Positions 38,625 through 51,444 of a DNA stretch of 64,000 nt are shown here, piece by piece. A program made the position numbers and the translations under genes. Each line of letters opens with the position of its first letter. Within the stretch, counting starts at the first letter, position 1. The stretch comes from Octopus sinensis. Taxonomy: Eukaryota. Below the pieces are notes generated by a model. The model was given only the letters and a program-made list of their open reading frames with translations, did no database searches and had not been told where the DNA came from. Where the stretch lies: the NCBI RefSeq assembly GCF_006345805.1, contig NC_043010.1:61194001-61258000 (forward strand), in the 5' to 3' direction.

Positions 38625-39050
38625 AGAAGCATAAAATCTGTAATTTTGGAGAAGGGACCAGTTGATGACATCAGACCCAATACTTGTTTTATTCACTTCA
38701 AAAGGATGAAAGGCAAAGTTGATCTTGGCAGCATTTGAACTCAGAATGCCACTGTGCATTCTGTCTGGTGTGCCAACGATTCAGGCAGCTCACCCCACCT
38801 TAATGTTAATAATAATAATAATAATAAAAATGATAATCCTTTCTACTATAGGCACAATGCCAGCAATGTTGGGGGAGGGGGATAGTCGATTACATTGACC
38901 CCAGTACTCAGCTGGTACTTGATTTATTGACCCTGAAAGGATGAGAGGCAAAGTCAGCCTCAGCGGAATTTGAACTCAGAATGCAGCAGCAGATGAAATA
39001 ACACTAAGCATTTCACCCGGCATCCTAACAATTCTGCCAGCTCACCGCCT
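38625..39050 (-). mobile_element. Two tandem MetaSINE-like copies separated by (TAA)n
   Basis: AAAGGATGA(A/G)AGGCAAAGT...TTTGAACTCAGAATG occurs at about 38700 and about 38935. Confidence 0.7.
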
Positions 39051-39052
39051 TT

Positions 39053-39085
<33 letters not shown>

Positions 39086-39419
39086 TTTTCAGTGTTGGTA
39101 GAAGGCCATAAATTTTGTGAGGAAGGGATTAATCAATGAAATCAGAATGATACTTTATCACTTCTTCTGTAATAGGCTCTTGAATTGCTGTGAATCTGCT
39201 AGAGTTCCCAGAGTAGTTGGATAAGTTCAACTTCTGTGAAGAGTGAAGGATCTAATGTTTTAACTTGTCATTGATCTGAGCATGAAGGAGATAAAGACAA
39301 AATAGTGGTGGTGGTGGTGTAGGCAGCCGGCACAACAATAACACTGTTATCTTCATCATTGTTCAAAGCAATTGAAATGATCGAACTCTCTGGTGGACTG
39401 ATTGTTACTCAACAAGTGC

Positions 39420-39545
39420 AACCCACCAATTCTTGTATGAGGTTCAGATCAGGTGTGTTTCCTGGCCAAGGAAGCCCATTGGTGAGATGGTCTGTAAGCC
39501 AGATAGTGGTTGTTTCGCATTGGGCGGAGATGATGTCTTGCAAAC
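39420..39545 (-). pseudogene. Short Tc1-like transposase remnant
   Basis: Minus strand reads ...LQD...WLTDH...PWPGNTPDLNLI, resembling the Tc1 WPxNSPDLNPIENLW motif. Confidence 0.5.
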
Positions 39546-39784
39546 AACTTGCACATGCAAGTGCTACCTGTCAAAAGCTCCGTATACCAGAAGCCAGCAA
39601 GTGTATGGGGTCACCAGGAGAGAATGCGCGCCGTTTTGGGGCCTACCTCTCGACGGCATCAATGCGCACCGGCCCCCCTCACTGATATGAGGCCCTGCTA
39701 AATACTGATGCTGGAACAGAAATTCCATATCCATTAAGTAGCTTGTTGGTTGACAGACACATGAGGTGCTCTGAGATCCCTTAA

Positions 39785-40004
39785 CCCTTTCATTACCAAC
39801 CCGGCTGAAACTGGGTCTGGCTCTGAGTACAAATGTCTTGTTTTCGTAAGTTTTGAATTAAAATCATCCACCAAACCTTAGTCACAATTTATGTTCCTAA
39901 CACTAGCTGAACGATAACTAAGTTATTTTATTAAATTCTTTGTTATATTTAAAGTAATTGAAAGAAACCCAGAGCACCGCAAAATAAATGTAGTAAAGAA
40001 AGGG
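39785..40004. mobile_element. About 220-bp piggyBac-type MITE (second family)
   Basis: TTAA TSDs at 39781-39784 and 40005-40008; CCCTTTC termini; inverted homologue of 55693-55913. Confidence 0.8.
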
Positions 40005-41096
40005 TTAATAGAATGCCTGTAACCCTAATAAAATAAGGTGTGGTCCAACTGTTGTTACTCTAATGAAATAGAGTGGCCCAGACCCAGACCAGGTATGGAA
40101 AGGACTGGAGGTTGTGAAAATGGAAATATTTAAGAAACCTAAAGACAATTAAAAGTTGTGACATCATTGAATGTATGTGATGGGGAAAATGATGAGCAAG
40201 AAAATAATATCTGGAGTAAAGAGAGTCATAAGTACTGCACATCACTAGAAGTGACTAATTGGACGACAAGAGGCTGTTGAATTATGAAAATAGTTAAGTG
40301 TCTTATATCTTGTGGTAGCATACCAGTTGTGGCAGCTGACAATGTATGTCTCTTTTCAATTGATTAAACTGCACTGTCTTTATGACAACACTGTAATTAG
40401 TTCAAAAGTTATTAATCTGCCAATCAAAGTGTGGGGATAGCTTGACCAACAGACTCTCATTAATGTGATGCTGTGTATAAGGAGATTCAAGTATTTCCTA
40501 ACCCTGACCTTTATCTCAACAAACTTAAGTCTTTGCTCTTAAAAAACTGTAGTAAACTAGTAGACAAGATTGTACAAATATTCATCAGAATTTAGAACAG
40601 CTAGAAACACCTGATACAGAACCACCCTATGAAAACACATATTTATCAGGCACCATCTGTCTACTCAATTTTAAAATCCCAACCAAAATGTAAATGAATT
40701 TCTTTTGAATTTAATGGGGTTTTTTGCTCATCATTGCAGTTTTAGAGTTATAAATCTGTTGATGAAAATATATCTTCATTTATAAGAAACATTCTTTCTT
40801 ATGTGGAATAAATCAGACCAGATTACTAAAGAATGAAACCAAAACTTGGGACAATGGCTTTCAATGTTTGTCAGGCGTCTGTTTTGATGTTTAGTGGTTA
40901 ATTTGGATAATCTGTAACAGTAAACCCTAAGACTACAGAAAGGCCTTTTTTTAGGTAGCAACTTGAAGATCATCATAATAATTATAATAAATTATAATTG
41001 TAATGAATATTATGATAATTGTTTCAGTTCTGTCAGTTGAAGTCATTAGTCTGTAAATCTGTTTAGAAGCATTTACTTTCTCATGGTTTATATTTA

Positions 41097-41377
41097 ATAA
41101 TAATAATAATGAAATTATTGTATACAGTGCTCAGGTGCACCACAACTGGTCAGAAAGTGCATATAAAGCATATGCAGTAATGTAAAAATGTCTGGAAAGT
41201 GAACAGTGTATGAGTCAGGTACATGCTTGCGTGTGTATGGAGGGGAGAAAATCAGGTGTAGTGTTGGCGAATCTCAGGAAGCATGGAAGTTTTGAAGGAT
41301 GCAGTGCTCCGACAACTAACAACTGATGCCAGCAGTTTGTTCCACGCTTCAGCAACTCTCGTCGTGAAAAAATGTTA
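41097..41377 (-). mobile_element. CR1-type LINE 3' end with (ATT)n tail
   Basis: Near-identical to 26228-26522. Confidence 0.75.
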
Positions 41378-41949
41378 TAAATTTGAAAACCCCTTAATTA
41401 TGTAAAAAAAAAATTCAGCTTATAGAATAGAATGAAGAAATAAAGGCAAAGTAAGAAACTGTTGAATTTATGCCTGAAAAATGCATGTAGGTGTGTCTTT
41501 TATTAAAATACCAGTCGTGTATTGGGGCTGATGTAATTGACTAACTCCCTTCCCCAAATTTCTGTGGGAATATATTGCTTAAATTTGACTTTGGTTTGTT
41601 TTCATTTGTTGTAATTTTATACATCATGTCCGGCTAAAATTGATGTCTGTTGAATGTGTAAGTGTCGGAGACTGGGCGATTGACTTCTGGTTTGATGGTC
41701 ATTCCTCTTCTGCCCTACTACAGGTCACTATTGATTGGATCCCTCTGCCAAAATGTCCAATATATATGAAATTATTGTGATATTTTGTTGTTAAGACTGT
41801 GTGCATAAATATAAATATGAGCCAAGACAAGTAAGTCAGGGTGGCCACTGACATAGAAAAATACAGGTATAGCAAATGCTGTACAACGTAAATTCTGGAT
41901 TTGTTAAAATTATTTCTGCCCCTAGAAAATGTGTTGTGTGTGTGTGTGG

Positions 41950-42740
41950 TGACTAGAAGAAGCTTTCTTCCTAGCCACATGGTTCCAAGTTCAACCCTAC
42001 TGTGTGGCACCTTGAGCAAGTGTCTTCTACTGTAGCCCCAGGATGACCAAAGCTTTTGTGAATGAATGTCATTGATGGAAGCTGAAAGAGGCTTTCATGT
42101 GTACGTGTGTTTATTTCCCCTCGTCTTGACATGATGTGATAATTGCAAATGAGTGTCGCTCATTTCCAATATTGTAGCAAGAGCATGTCTGGTCATGGGG
42201 AAATATTATCTTGCTTGGAAACAGGCAACAGAAAGGGCCTCTGGCCATAGAAAATCTGCCTTGATCAACTCTGTCCATTCCATGCAAGCCTGGAAAATTG
42301 GGCATTGTGATGACGATGTGTATGTTAATTACAGCACAATGTTTATGGCTAGTCTTGGTCTAATGATTTACAGATTGTGGCTGTATTGGTAAGAAGCTTG
42401 CTTCCCAACCACATGGTTCTGGGTTCAGTCCTGCTGAATGGCATCTTAGGAAACTCTCCCACTATAGACAAGCTTGGGGGATTTAGTTGATGGAAATTGA
42501 ACGAAGCCCATCTGTATATGTGTCTTTGTGTTTGCCTGTTTCCTCCCTCCCTCCCTCCTCCTCCTCCTCCTGCACTTGACACTGGTGCTGGTTTGTTTGT
42601 TTATGTAACTTAGCAGTTCAGCAAATGAGACCAATAAAGTACTAGGATTAAAAAAAACAAGCCCTGGGGTTGACGTGTTTGACTAAAACCCTTCAAGATT
42701 GTGCCCTAGCATGGCCATAGTTTAACAAGTAAAAAGGTAA
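41950..42740 (+). mobile_element. Two adjacent family A-headed SINEs (about 41950-42320 with an RTE-like tail; about 42376-42740)
   Basis: Two successive CCACATGGTTC...GGTTCA heads with different 3' bodies. Confidence 0.7.
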
Positions 42741-42789
42741 ACCTATTTTTTGTCTTGGTTTTAAATAAAATTCCGTTTTCCAAATGATT

Positions 42790-42813
42790 TCATTTTCTCT
42801 CTTTGTTTTCCAG
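42790..42813 (+). promoter_or_regulatory. Candidate 3' splice acceptor for the 5'UTR of the second zinc-finger gene
   Basis: TTTTCTCTCTTTGTTTTCCAG about 450 nt upstream of the ATG at 43261. Confidence 0.45.
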
Positions 42814-43260
42814 GTGACTGAGATGGTTTGACCCTGTCACTTTGATGTCCCGACAGAACTACAGAAAAAATTGCAAGATTTCAACACATCCTCCATTGTT
42901 CTACATACAATGAACATCCTGAAGTGAACCACATTTGTTTTCTATAATTAAATTAATTCTGTCCACTTTATTCACCCAGTCTGTTAATTACACTGACTTT
43001 AACCTTGTTATGTTCGGACATTCAAAGATTCCTTAAAAGAGAAAAAAAAATCAGCTTGTAAGATTTGCTACTTCCCTGTCTGTCTCGCTTTGTCATTGGA
43101 ATGGTACAAAAATTGTGTGATTAGATAGTGGTGGTCATCTTATAGAAAATTATCAGACTGTTTCTATAGCAACAGTGCAGACAGCACTCTGCCAATACCC
43201 AGAATAGTTGTTTGTTTTGTAACTGGCATGTTGTCCTGGAAGTAGTTGAACATTGTAACA

Positions 43261-44736
43261 ATGGACCTTTTCCCCATACCGAACCTCAGTGAAAGTGACG
43301 CTGGTGGGGCTGTTGCTGCTGCCAATGTGGATGCTATGATGCAGGGCTGCAAAAAGTCCAACAAGAACTTGCTCAACCCTGCGGCCACCAGCTCTCAGTC
43401 GTTTCAGAACAATATAAGCAACCAGCCATTTCAAGACAACAGCAACAGTCCACCGTTTCAAAGTAATACGACCAGTCAAGCATTTCAAGGTAATGCAAGC
43501 ATTCAGCCATTTCAGAACAGTACGACCAGTCAGCCGTGTCAGAACAGCACCACCAGCCAAGCGTTTCAGAACAATAGGACCACAAGTCAGTCTTGTCAGA
43601 ACAATATGGCCAATCAACCGTGTCAGAATAATATGACCAATCAACTGTGTCAGAATATTACCAGTCAGCTATGTCAGAACAGTATGACAAGTCAGTGTCA
43701 AAACAGGACCAGTAACCAACCATGTCGGAACAGTATGGCCAGTCATACATGCAGGAACAATATGGCCAGTCAGCCGTGTCGAAACAATATGACCAATCAG
43801 GCATGTCAAGACACCAGGACTAATCAACCATGTCGAAACAATATGACTAGTCAAGCATGCCAGGAAAGTAGCAGTCGACAACAATGTCAAAATAACATGG
43901 CCAACAGGCAAGCATGTCAAGACAGTTCAAGCACTCAGCCGTGTCGTGACAATATGACCAGTCAACCATGTCGTGACAATATGACCAGTCAGCCATGTCG
44001 TGACAATATGACCAGTCAGCCGTGTCGTGACAATATGACCAGTCAGCCGTGTCGTGACAATATGACCAGTCAGCCGTGTCGTGACAATATGACCAATCAG
44101 CCATGTCGTGACAATACGACCAGTCAGCCGTGTCAGGACAATATGACCAATCAACCATGTCAGGACAATAAAACCAGCCAATCAGGGGCTGTTAAAGTGA
44201 AGGTGGAGGGCGAAACAAGCAAACTGTACTTTTGTGACATCTGTCAGAATCTGTATTCTAAAGGCAACCATCTCCATACTCATAACCGGCCACATTCTGG
44301 TGAACGACGATTCAAGTGTGAGCAGTGTGATAAACGTTTTCTCCAGAATAGTCATTTGAAGGCTCACTTGCTAACGCATTCTTCGATTCGGCCATTTGTC
44401 TGTGATATTTGTGAGAAGAGCTTTAGAAAACGGTGTGATCTGACTCGTCACCACAGAAGCCACACGGGAGAGAAACCCCACGAATGCCCTATTTGTGGCT
44501 TCAGATTTGGTGAGATCAGTCATCTGAACTCCCATTATCGAGGTAGCCACACCGGCCTCAGACCTTACGAATGTGATGTCTGTGGGAAAAAGTTTGCTCG
44601 AGGCTTTGACCTTCGCAGGCACCAGCGGATCCATACCGGGGAGAAGCCGTATAGCTGTGACATTTGTGACAAGAAGTTCACAGATGGCAGCCACCTATTG
44701 AAACATAAGAAATCTCATGCGAAAATGAACACTTAA
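43261..44736 (+). CDS. C2H2 zinc-finger protein (6 C-terminal fingers) with N-terminal array of about 29 nine-residue Q/N/Cys repeats
   Basis: The ORF track starts at TTG 43246; the first ATG (43261, ACAATGG, good Kozak context) is the likelier start. Six CX2CX12HX3-4H fingers at 44227-44718; stop at 44734-44736; candidate AATAAA at 44974-44979. Confidence 0.93.
   Translation: MDLFPIPNLSESDAGGAVAAANVDAMMQGCKKSNKNLLNPAATSSQSFQNNISNQPFQDNSNSPPFQSNTTSQAFQGNASIQPFQNSTTSQPCQNSTTSQAFQNNRTTSQSCQNNMANQPCQNNMTNQLCQNITSQLCQNSMTSQCQNRTSNQPCRNSMASHTCRNNMASQPCRNNMTNQACQDTRTNQPCRNNMTSQACQESSSRQQCQNNMANRQACQDSSSTQPCRDNMTSQPCRDNMTSQPCRDNMTSQPCRDNMTSQPCRDNMTSQPCRDNMTNQPCRDNTTSQPCQDNMTNQPCQDNKTSQSGAVKVKVEGETSKLYFCDICQNLYSKGNHLHTHNRPHSGERRFKCEQCDKRFLQNSHLKAHLLTHSSIRPFVCDICEKSFRKRCDLTRHHRSHTGEKPHECPICGFRFGEISHLNSHYRGSHTGLRPYECDVCGKKFARGFDLRRHQRIHTGEKPYSCDICDKKFTDGSHLLKHKKSHAKMNT
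43387..44169 (+). repeat. Coding 27-bp tandem repeat (about 29 units)
   Basis: ATGACCAGTCAGCCGTGTCGTGACAAT units, near-identical at 43954-44115 and increasingly diverged 5'-ward. Confidence 0.95.
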
Positions 44737-47509
44737 ACCATATTTCATTACATCTTCCTAACGAGCCAGATGTTTTATCTTCTTGTAATAACACTTTCAA
44801 TCTTATCTCGATCAATATCATCGCACAATCTCCATAAAACAACTCTTATATTAACATAATTTTCTTCTATAATGTGGTGTGTCTGTATGTCATATTGGTG
44901 CAGCAGTTAAACTGTTGGATTTGAGTCTTGACGCTGCCTTGAGCAAGGAGCAATGCATTCACAACGTCTGGCCAATAAAACAGGATTGTTGATTTCTGTA
45001 TTTCACTGTGAAACCACCAGGCCCCTCTTAATCAAGAGAGGGTGAGGCTTATGTATACGAAGGGAGTTAACTGTAGCAGCAGCCCCAGCAACACACTGTA
45101 ACTTGTCAAATCTCTCCAGATCCCTCTCTCCAGGTTAACTTTCAATTGAGTGACACTCAACTAAGTGGAGGAGTGGTAGTCACACTTACTCCCATTTTTG
45201 CTAGATGAAGCCAGTAATCAAACTCCCCATTTGAACTCACAAATGAACAACGCTGACAGCTTCTGTTGATGGCTGTTGTAACCATCAGCTTACGCATCAA
45301 CCAACTCTCCGCACAGCAATACATTACCATTCAGTGGTCTTGAACAATGGCTGACGAATATTTAAGTTCCTGCTTCTCTTCTGGATGCAAAGCTTTCGGA
45401 TAAAGGTTTATTTCACATCAGTTTCAAACCACCTTTCAAAGATAAAAAACAGAATCCAAGTTGGTGGTGGTGGTGATCTTCCCCCTGCGAAAATAGTTTC
45501 ACAATGGAGTTTCTATTTTGAGGGGAGAAGAGAAAACTGATATTTCAAGGTTGTCCCTTTGTCTGAAATATTCCAGTATAAAAAGGCTCACTTAAAACTG
45601 CCCTAATTCATTCAACTGTTTGTTGGTTAAGTTTTTATCACTTGAGAAGTTTTCTTAAGGGAAACATTAAATGAAATTACGTATTTAGATGTAAAAATGA
45701 TTTCTTTCCAAAATACACTCAGCCCAATTATTTCAATGAATTTTAAATGAAGAAGACAATGGTGATGGCAATATTTTGTGGATTCCATTCTCTACATCCA
45801 CTAAATTATTATATAATATTTCTAGAAGGATCTTCATTTTGTTATGCAATGGAAAAAATGATTTAGAAATGGCAACAACTTGGGATTGGAAGACAATGAA
45901 AATGATATTTTTGTCAATCTGGTTTTAAAACATTTTATTTAGTTTTAAGAAAAAATGAGAGTAATTTATAGATCCCAGACATACAGTGGGGTCTTGCTTG
46001 CTTTCTCTCTCTCTCTCTCGTATCTGGGGCATTGCTGCTGTTACAAACAAATACACAGACAGCCTAGATTGCATCTGGAAACAAGCCAACACCTGACTGA
46101 TTGGGCAGAAAAGTCATGACTCAAAGATTAAACTCCGGCCTCTGATCCATCGGCACATTTGTCTCTTCTCTCTCCACTTTTTTTTTTTCCACCACTGCTA
46201 CTATTTTGGCCACTGCTCCTCAGAACTGGCTGGGCTCATGTCACTTCCATTTGGACATTCCTGTCCTCCTCCTTGTTGTGTCCCTACCCCCATCACTCTC
46301 ACACAATCCTTCCTTTCCAGAACATCATCCCCTTGGAATTCCCTCCTTGTTGATGTCTTTCTTTGCAAAAACATTAATGACATCAACCTCACCAGCCTCC
46401 AACGGTCTGTACAGGTCCAAGGGCACTGTCCCTTCCTTCAGACCCAAGAAGTAAAAAAAAAAAAAAAAAAATTCATCATTTCAATTGAAGACATTTTTTA
46501 AAATAGAAGAAAGTTAATTACATTAATCACATAATTGTTCTTAATTTTGCTTTTTTATTTATGTCCATTATAACAAGAGTTTCACTTCACGGACTCAAAC
46601 GAAGCTGTGAAGGTGTGTCAGTGTGTCTCCATAATATTTCTCTCTGTTACAATTATTGTTTACAACTGTGTGTGTGTGAATGGGAATCACCTGGATTGAC
46701 GATGTTTTCTTGTCAACTGGTGGAAAGAATGGCAGTTTCAGTATAAAACTGCAGCTTTGGGAGTTCCACCGAGTTGTAGATGGAATCCCCTTTTTTTTTT
46801 TAGTTGAGAGAGCCAACAAACAGTTTTGGCTCTAACAAAATTTGAGGTCATATTATTCTGCAGGGGATCCCTTGTACAAAGAACTGCTTTGCTCCCGTTA
46901 AAGTTTCCCATTTTCAATTTGGACTGAGACAGAATCAGCAACTTTTAAAATTTCAAATTGTGTTTTGCTTTTCTCAAATGGAATCAGCTTGGAAAATGAA
47001 ATGATTGCAAGTTTTATCAACATTTATTGACAATACGTTATTCAATGTATTGTTAAACAAAGTTAGAATTTTATGAGGGCAATTAATATTTTAGTGCAGA
47101 AAATTCCAAACATGTAAATTAAAGAGACTAATAAGCTAAAAAAATAGCTGCCTTTACCAAGAAGCTGTAAAGATATTTCTCATTTGTCCAACAATGTACA
47201 ATTTTTCTTTAGTGTTGTTGAAATAAAAATATATTTTTTCTTCACATTTTTTTTCCTTTCTTTTACCAATTTGTTTTTCCTTTATTAATTAAATTAAGGT
47301 TGTTTGTGAAGTGGTAGATTATTCGTTAATGTGCTGGACAAAATGCCTAACTGTATTTTTTTCTAACTTCTTACCTTGTGCCAAATTAGAAGAAAGGACT
47401 TAATTCAAGACAAACTAATTATGTCTCTACGTGGTTGGTTAAGTCTTTGTATCTGGATGAGAGAGAACACCAGTGTCATAATAATGTCGCATTGTTGGTG
47501 ACACATAAA

Positions 47510-47670
47510 AAGAACCCACTACACTCTAGGAGTGGTTGGCATCAGGAAGGGCATCCAGCTGTAGAAACCTTACCAAATCAGATCGAAACCTGGTACAGCT
47601 CTCTGACATACAAGTTTTCAATCAAACTGTCCGACCCATGCCAGCATAGAAAAACGGATGTTAAATGGTG
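47510..47670 (+). mobile_element. RTE-clade LINE 3' end (short)
   Basis: CCCACTACACTC...GGAAGGGCATCCAGCTGTAGAAAC...GGATGTTAAA. Confidence 0.7.
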
Positions 47671-48431
47671 ATGAGGATAAAAGGTATGGCAGTGTACTTT
47701 GGAATTTAAAGTATGGACTTTTATGTAAATGAAGTACAATAGCTGTGAGGTTAAAATGTTGGGCTACTAACTACATGGTCTCAGGTTCAAATCTCAGTAC
47801 AGCTATTATGATGTTGTAAAGTACTTAACTCTGCTTACTTCAGTTTTTCTGCCTTAACAATATCATTATAATATTTGTTATATGTTAAGTACAATGGCAT
47901 TGATAAAGTACCAGTAATATATTGGTCTCATTCAAATAATGTTTCTCTTTTGATAGAACATTAGCTTTTGAATCTGCTGTGGTTAAAAAAAAACCCTGTC
48001 TCCTTACAAAGTTTTTATATTCTGTATAGTTCGTCAATGTATTTGATGTCCTAAATGGTATTAGTGTTTAATCCACAGGTCAGTTAGGGTTCAGCTGACA
48101 TTTGGTTATAGGCGTTCCAGCCATGACCACCCTGTGTTTCAGTCAACAATTCGGTATCTCTGTTAGCATTCATTGTCCCCACTTCCTTCCAAAGTCAGAA
48201 AGGAGTAAGTTGAGGGAGAATCGGCTGAACAAACATTTTCTGATGGTTTTTTTTAGATATTGTGACACAAGGCAACACCAGCACCATTAGATTACACCAG
48301 TGTTTCTCAAACTTTTTTTAACTATTGCTTCCCCCCCCACTTTTTATTTGCTAACACTTTATAACAAAGTTCAATGCATCAGAAAAGAAGGATCACTTTG
48401 AAATGACTGCTTGTGCATAAATCATTTCACC

Positions 48432-49010
48432 ATCATTGTTTAGCATCCACTTTCCATGCTGGCATGGATTGGACTGAGGACTGGCAAGCCAGGAGGCTGC
48501 ACCAGGTTCCAATCCGATCTGGCAATGTTTCTACGGCTGGATGCCCTTCCTAACACCAACCACTCCGTGAGTATAGTGGGTGCCTTTTACGTGCCACCAG
48601 CATGGGAGTCAGTCACATGGCACTATCATTGACCATGCTTGAATGGTGCTTTTTACGTGCCACCAGCACAGGGGCCAGTCAGGTGGCACTGGCATTGGCC
48701 TCAACTATGATTTTGCTTGACTCAACAGGTCTTCTCAAGCACAGCATAAGCATATTGCCCGACGATTGAAGGGTGCTTTTAATCAGGCCTGTTGTACAAC
48801 ACTGGCATCGGCCATGGCTACGATCTCATTTGACTTGCCGAGTCTTCTCAATCACAGCATATCTCCAAAGGTTTCAGTTGCTTGTCATTGCCTCTGTGGG
48901 GCCCAACGTTCGAAGGTCGTACTTCACCACCTCATCCCATGTCTTCCTGGGTCTACTTCTTCCACTGATAGGGTGTGGAATTTCTATACACAGCACATGT
49001 CCATACCAGT
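48432..49010 (-). mobile_element. RTE-clade LINE 3' portion including the end of the RT ORF
   Basis: Minus strand translates to ERQLHWYGHV...RPRKTWDEVVKYDLRTLG...LWRYAVIEKTRQVK*, followed by the common tail. Confidence 0.85.
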
Positions 49011-50599
49011 GCAATTGTCTCTCTTGCCCACCACATCTGATGCTTCTTATGTCCGACTTTTCTTGCAAAGCACTTAAACTTTGTTGTGTATTATATTTCC
49101 TCAAAATATAATATGGAATGAAGAAATAACTCATTTTTACGTGATTCACACACACCTAAAAAAATTGAAAAATGTCAATCTGTCACCCCTGTTGTACCCA
49201 ACTCTATACAATTCCCCACCCCACATTTTAAGAAGCAATGCTTTACATTTTGTTCTTCACTCACTGCAGCAATCACTGTCCTCCTTCACACTCCAAGCAT
49301 CTTTGATCTCTTTCTCTCCTAAACTCAACCATTATCAAATCATCACTGCTCCTGTACCTATATAAAATTTGTCCAACATCATCATCATCATCACTCCATG
49401 CTGTCATGGGTTGGATAGTTTAACAGGGCCCAACACGCCAGCTGACTGCACCAAACTCCAATGTCTGTTGAGGCATGCTTTCTACAGCTGGATGCCCTTC
49501 CTAACACAAACCATTTCACAGAGTGTACTGGGTGCTTTTTATGTGGCACTCCTGAGGTCACCAAGTGACTAACAAGACCAGACACTACCTTTAAGGGTTT
49601 ATTTGAGCAAATTGACCCCAATACTTATTTTTTTTAAAGTCTCTTTTACCAAACTGCTAATTTAGAGGCACATAAACGAACTAATACTGGTTGTCAAATG
49701 GTGATGAAGGGACACACACTACAGGCTTCCTCACAATTTCCATCTACCAAATTCACTTACAAAGCATTGGTCAACCTGGGGTAGAAAACACTTGGCCCCA
49801 TAGTAAGACTGAAGCAGGAACCATTTGGTTGTAAAGCAAGCTTTTTAACCATACAGCCATGTCCAGAACAAAGGATGAACCCATGGCCCCAGTCAGTCCT
49901 TATTTTGAGATTTGGCTTTCCCAGACAAGTCAGGGAGATCACATCTCGTGTTTGGTGAAGTTTCTATGGCTGGAAATCTAGGAGAAACACCCCCACTCCA
50001 TCTTGAAGTTGGAGGCAGACCCATTGGCCAATATCATTCTGCTGGATAGTCATGGTTGAGTTGGAAGACTATTGTGTATTTCTTTAATCAAAGAAGAATT
50101 GAAGGTAGAATAACCACTACACATTGAATGAACCAACAAGGGAGCTACTATGTGAGCTGTTTGATTTGCTAGAAATAGCATCCAATTGATATCTATCATG
50201 AAGGACATTGTAAGGAGGACGTTAACATGTTATGGCCACAGCTGTTGACTTCAAACTAACAGATATGCGGGAGGGTTGTCTACACAAATATGTGATTATG
50301 TGTAAATTCAAAGATGAGTATTGCGCAGTTTTGGGTGACAGAAATGGCATCTGGTCAAGAAAATTCTTCCTCAATGAAGTCACATCTGATGCATGAAAGC
50401 ATGGAAATGGGGACAGCATTCCCCTACTTTTCATCCTACTGAGGGCAGGGGTGGTGGTAGCCTTCAGCAACTTACTCTAGCTCATAAAACCCATTTCTGT
50501 CCCTGAAAAGCAGACATTCAAATGAAGACAATGATGAGGAGCTGTCCGTTATCAATTGACAGTTACTTTATTCCCCAAATCACTGACCGAACGTAAAAT

Positions 50600-51390
50600 A
50601 CTAGAAGATATTTCGTCCCATTGTCCAAGGATTCAACAAAGCCACAGTTTCCCCCATCATCTAGTATTATTTTCGATACCGTCATCAGTTACTTCGCTTT
50701 GTGCTTTCCGTAGTCTAAGACACATTTCATCACTTAGCATCTTCCATATGCTTCATTTACGCGCCTCTAAGCTTCTCATTCATCCGTCTTATTCCTCCAA
50801 AACATCATTAATTCAGTCTTTAAATTGCTTTGTTTTTAATGGAAGGTAATATTATCCTTTATTCGTACATTATACACAGTTGTTTACCATATTTATACAC
50901 ATTTGTGTTGTTTTATTTCCAAGTTTTCTCATTCTATCTTTATTTCATCCCATTTAATCGTCTCCAACCTTATTGTCGTACAACTACAATATATATTTGC
51001 TTTGACAATCTCCTCCTCTCTCTGCTTTTATTAAAAACTGTCTCTTCTAAATTCACTAAATTTATTAACAAGTGATCGAAATTCAACAATGTCCAAGCAT
51101 AGTTGTAGTTTAGCTGGTTAAATTCATAGCGAATCGACGAGGGTCTATTCCTGGTCGCCCAATCTACTCAAAATAGCAGCTAAATCCACTTCACTCTCTT
51201 GAGAAAAGAAATATCACTTCCAAAGATAATGTAATCCTCGGCATACTTCTGAAATGACAGGGTGGTCAAGACTGGATTGCTTTTGATCATAGATCTGCCA
51301 CATCAAGACTCGCCTGGTTAAACAACCACGAACGGTACACTTTTACACTATGTAAAGAGACCATTCTTTACCTTTGTGCGAAGGTGTGTG

Positions 51391-51444
<54 letters not shown>

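Noticed and set aside
43153-44694. Antisense ORFs over the second ZNF gene (and those over 500-2824 and the mariner)
   Set aside because: Shadows of real coding or tandem-repeat sequence.
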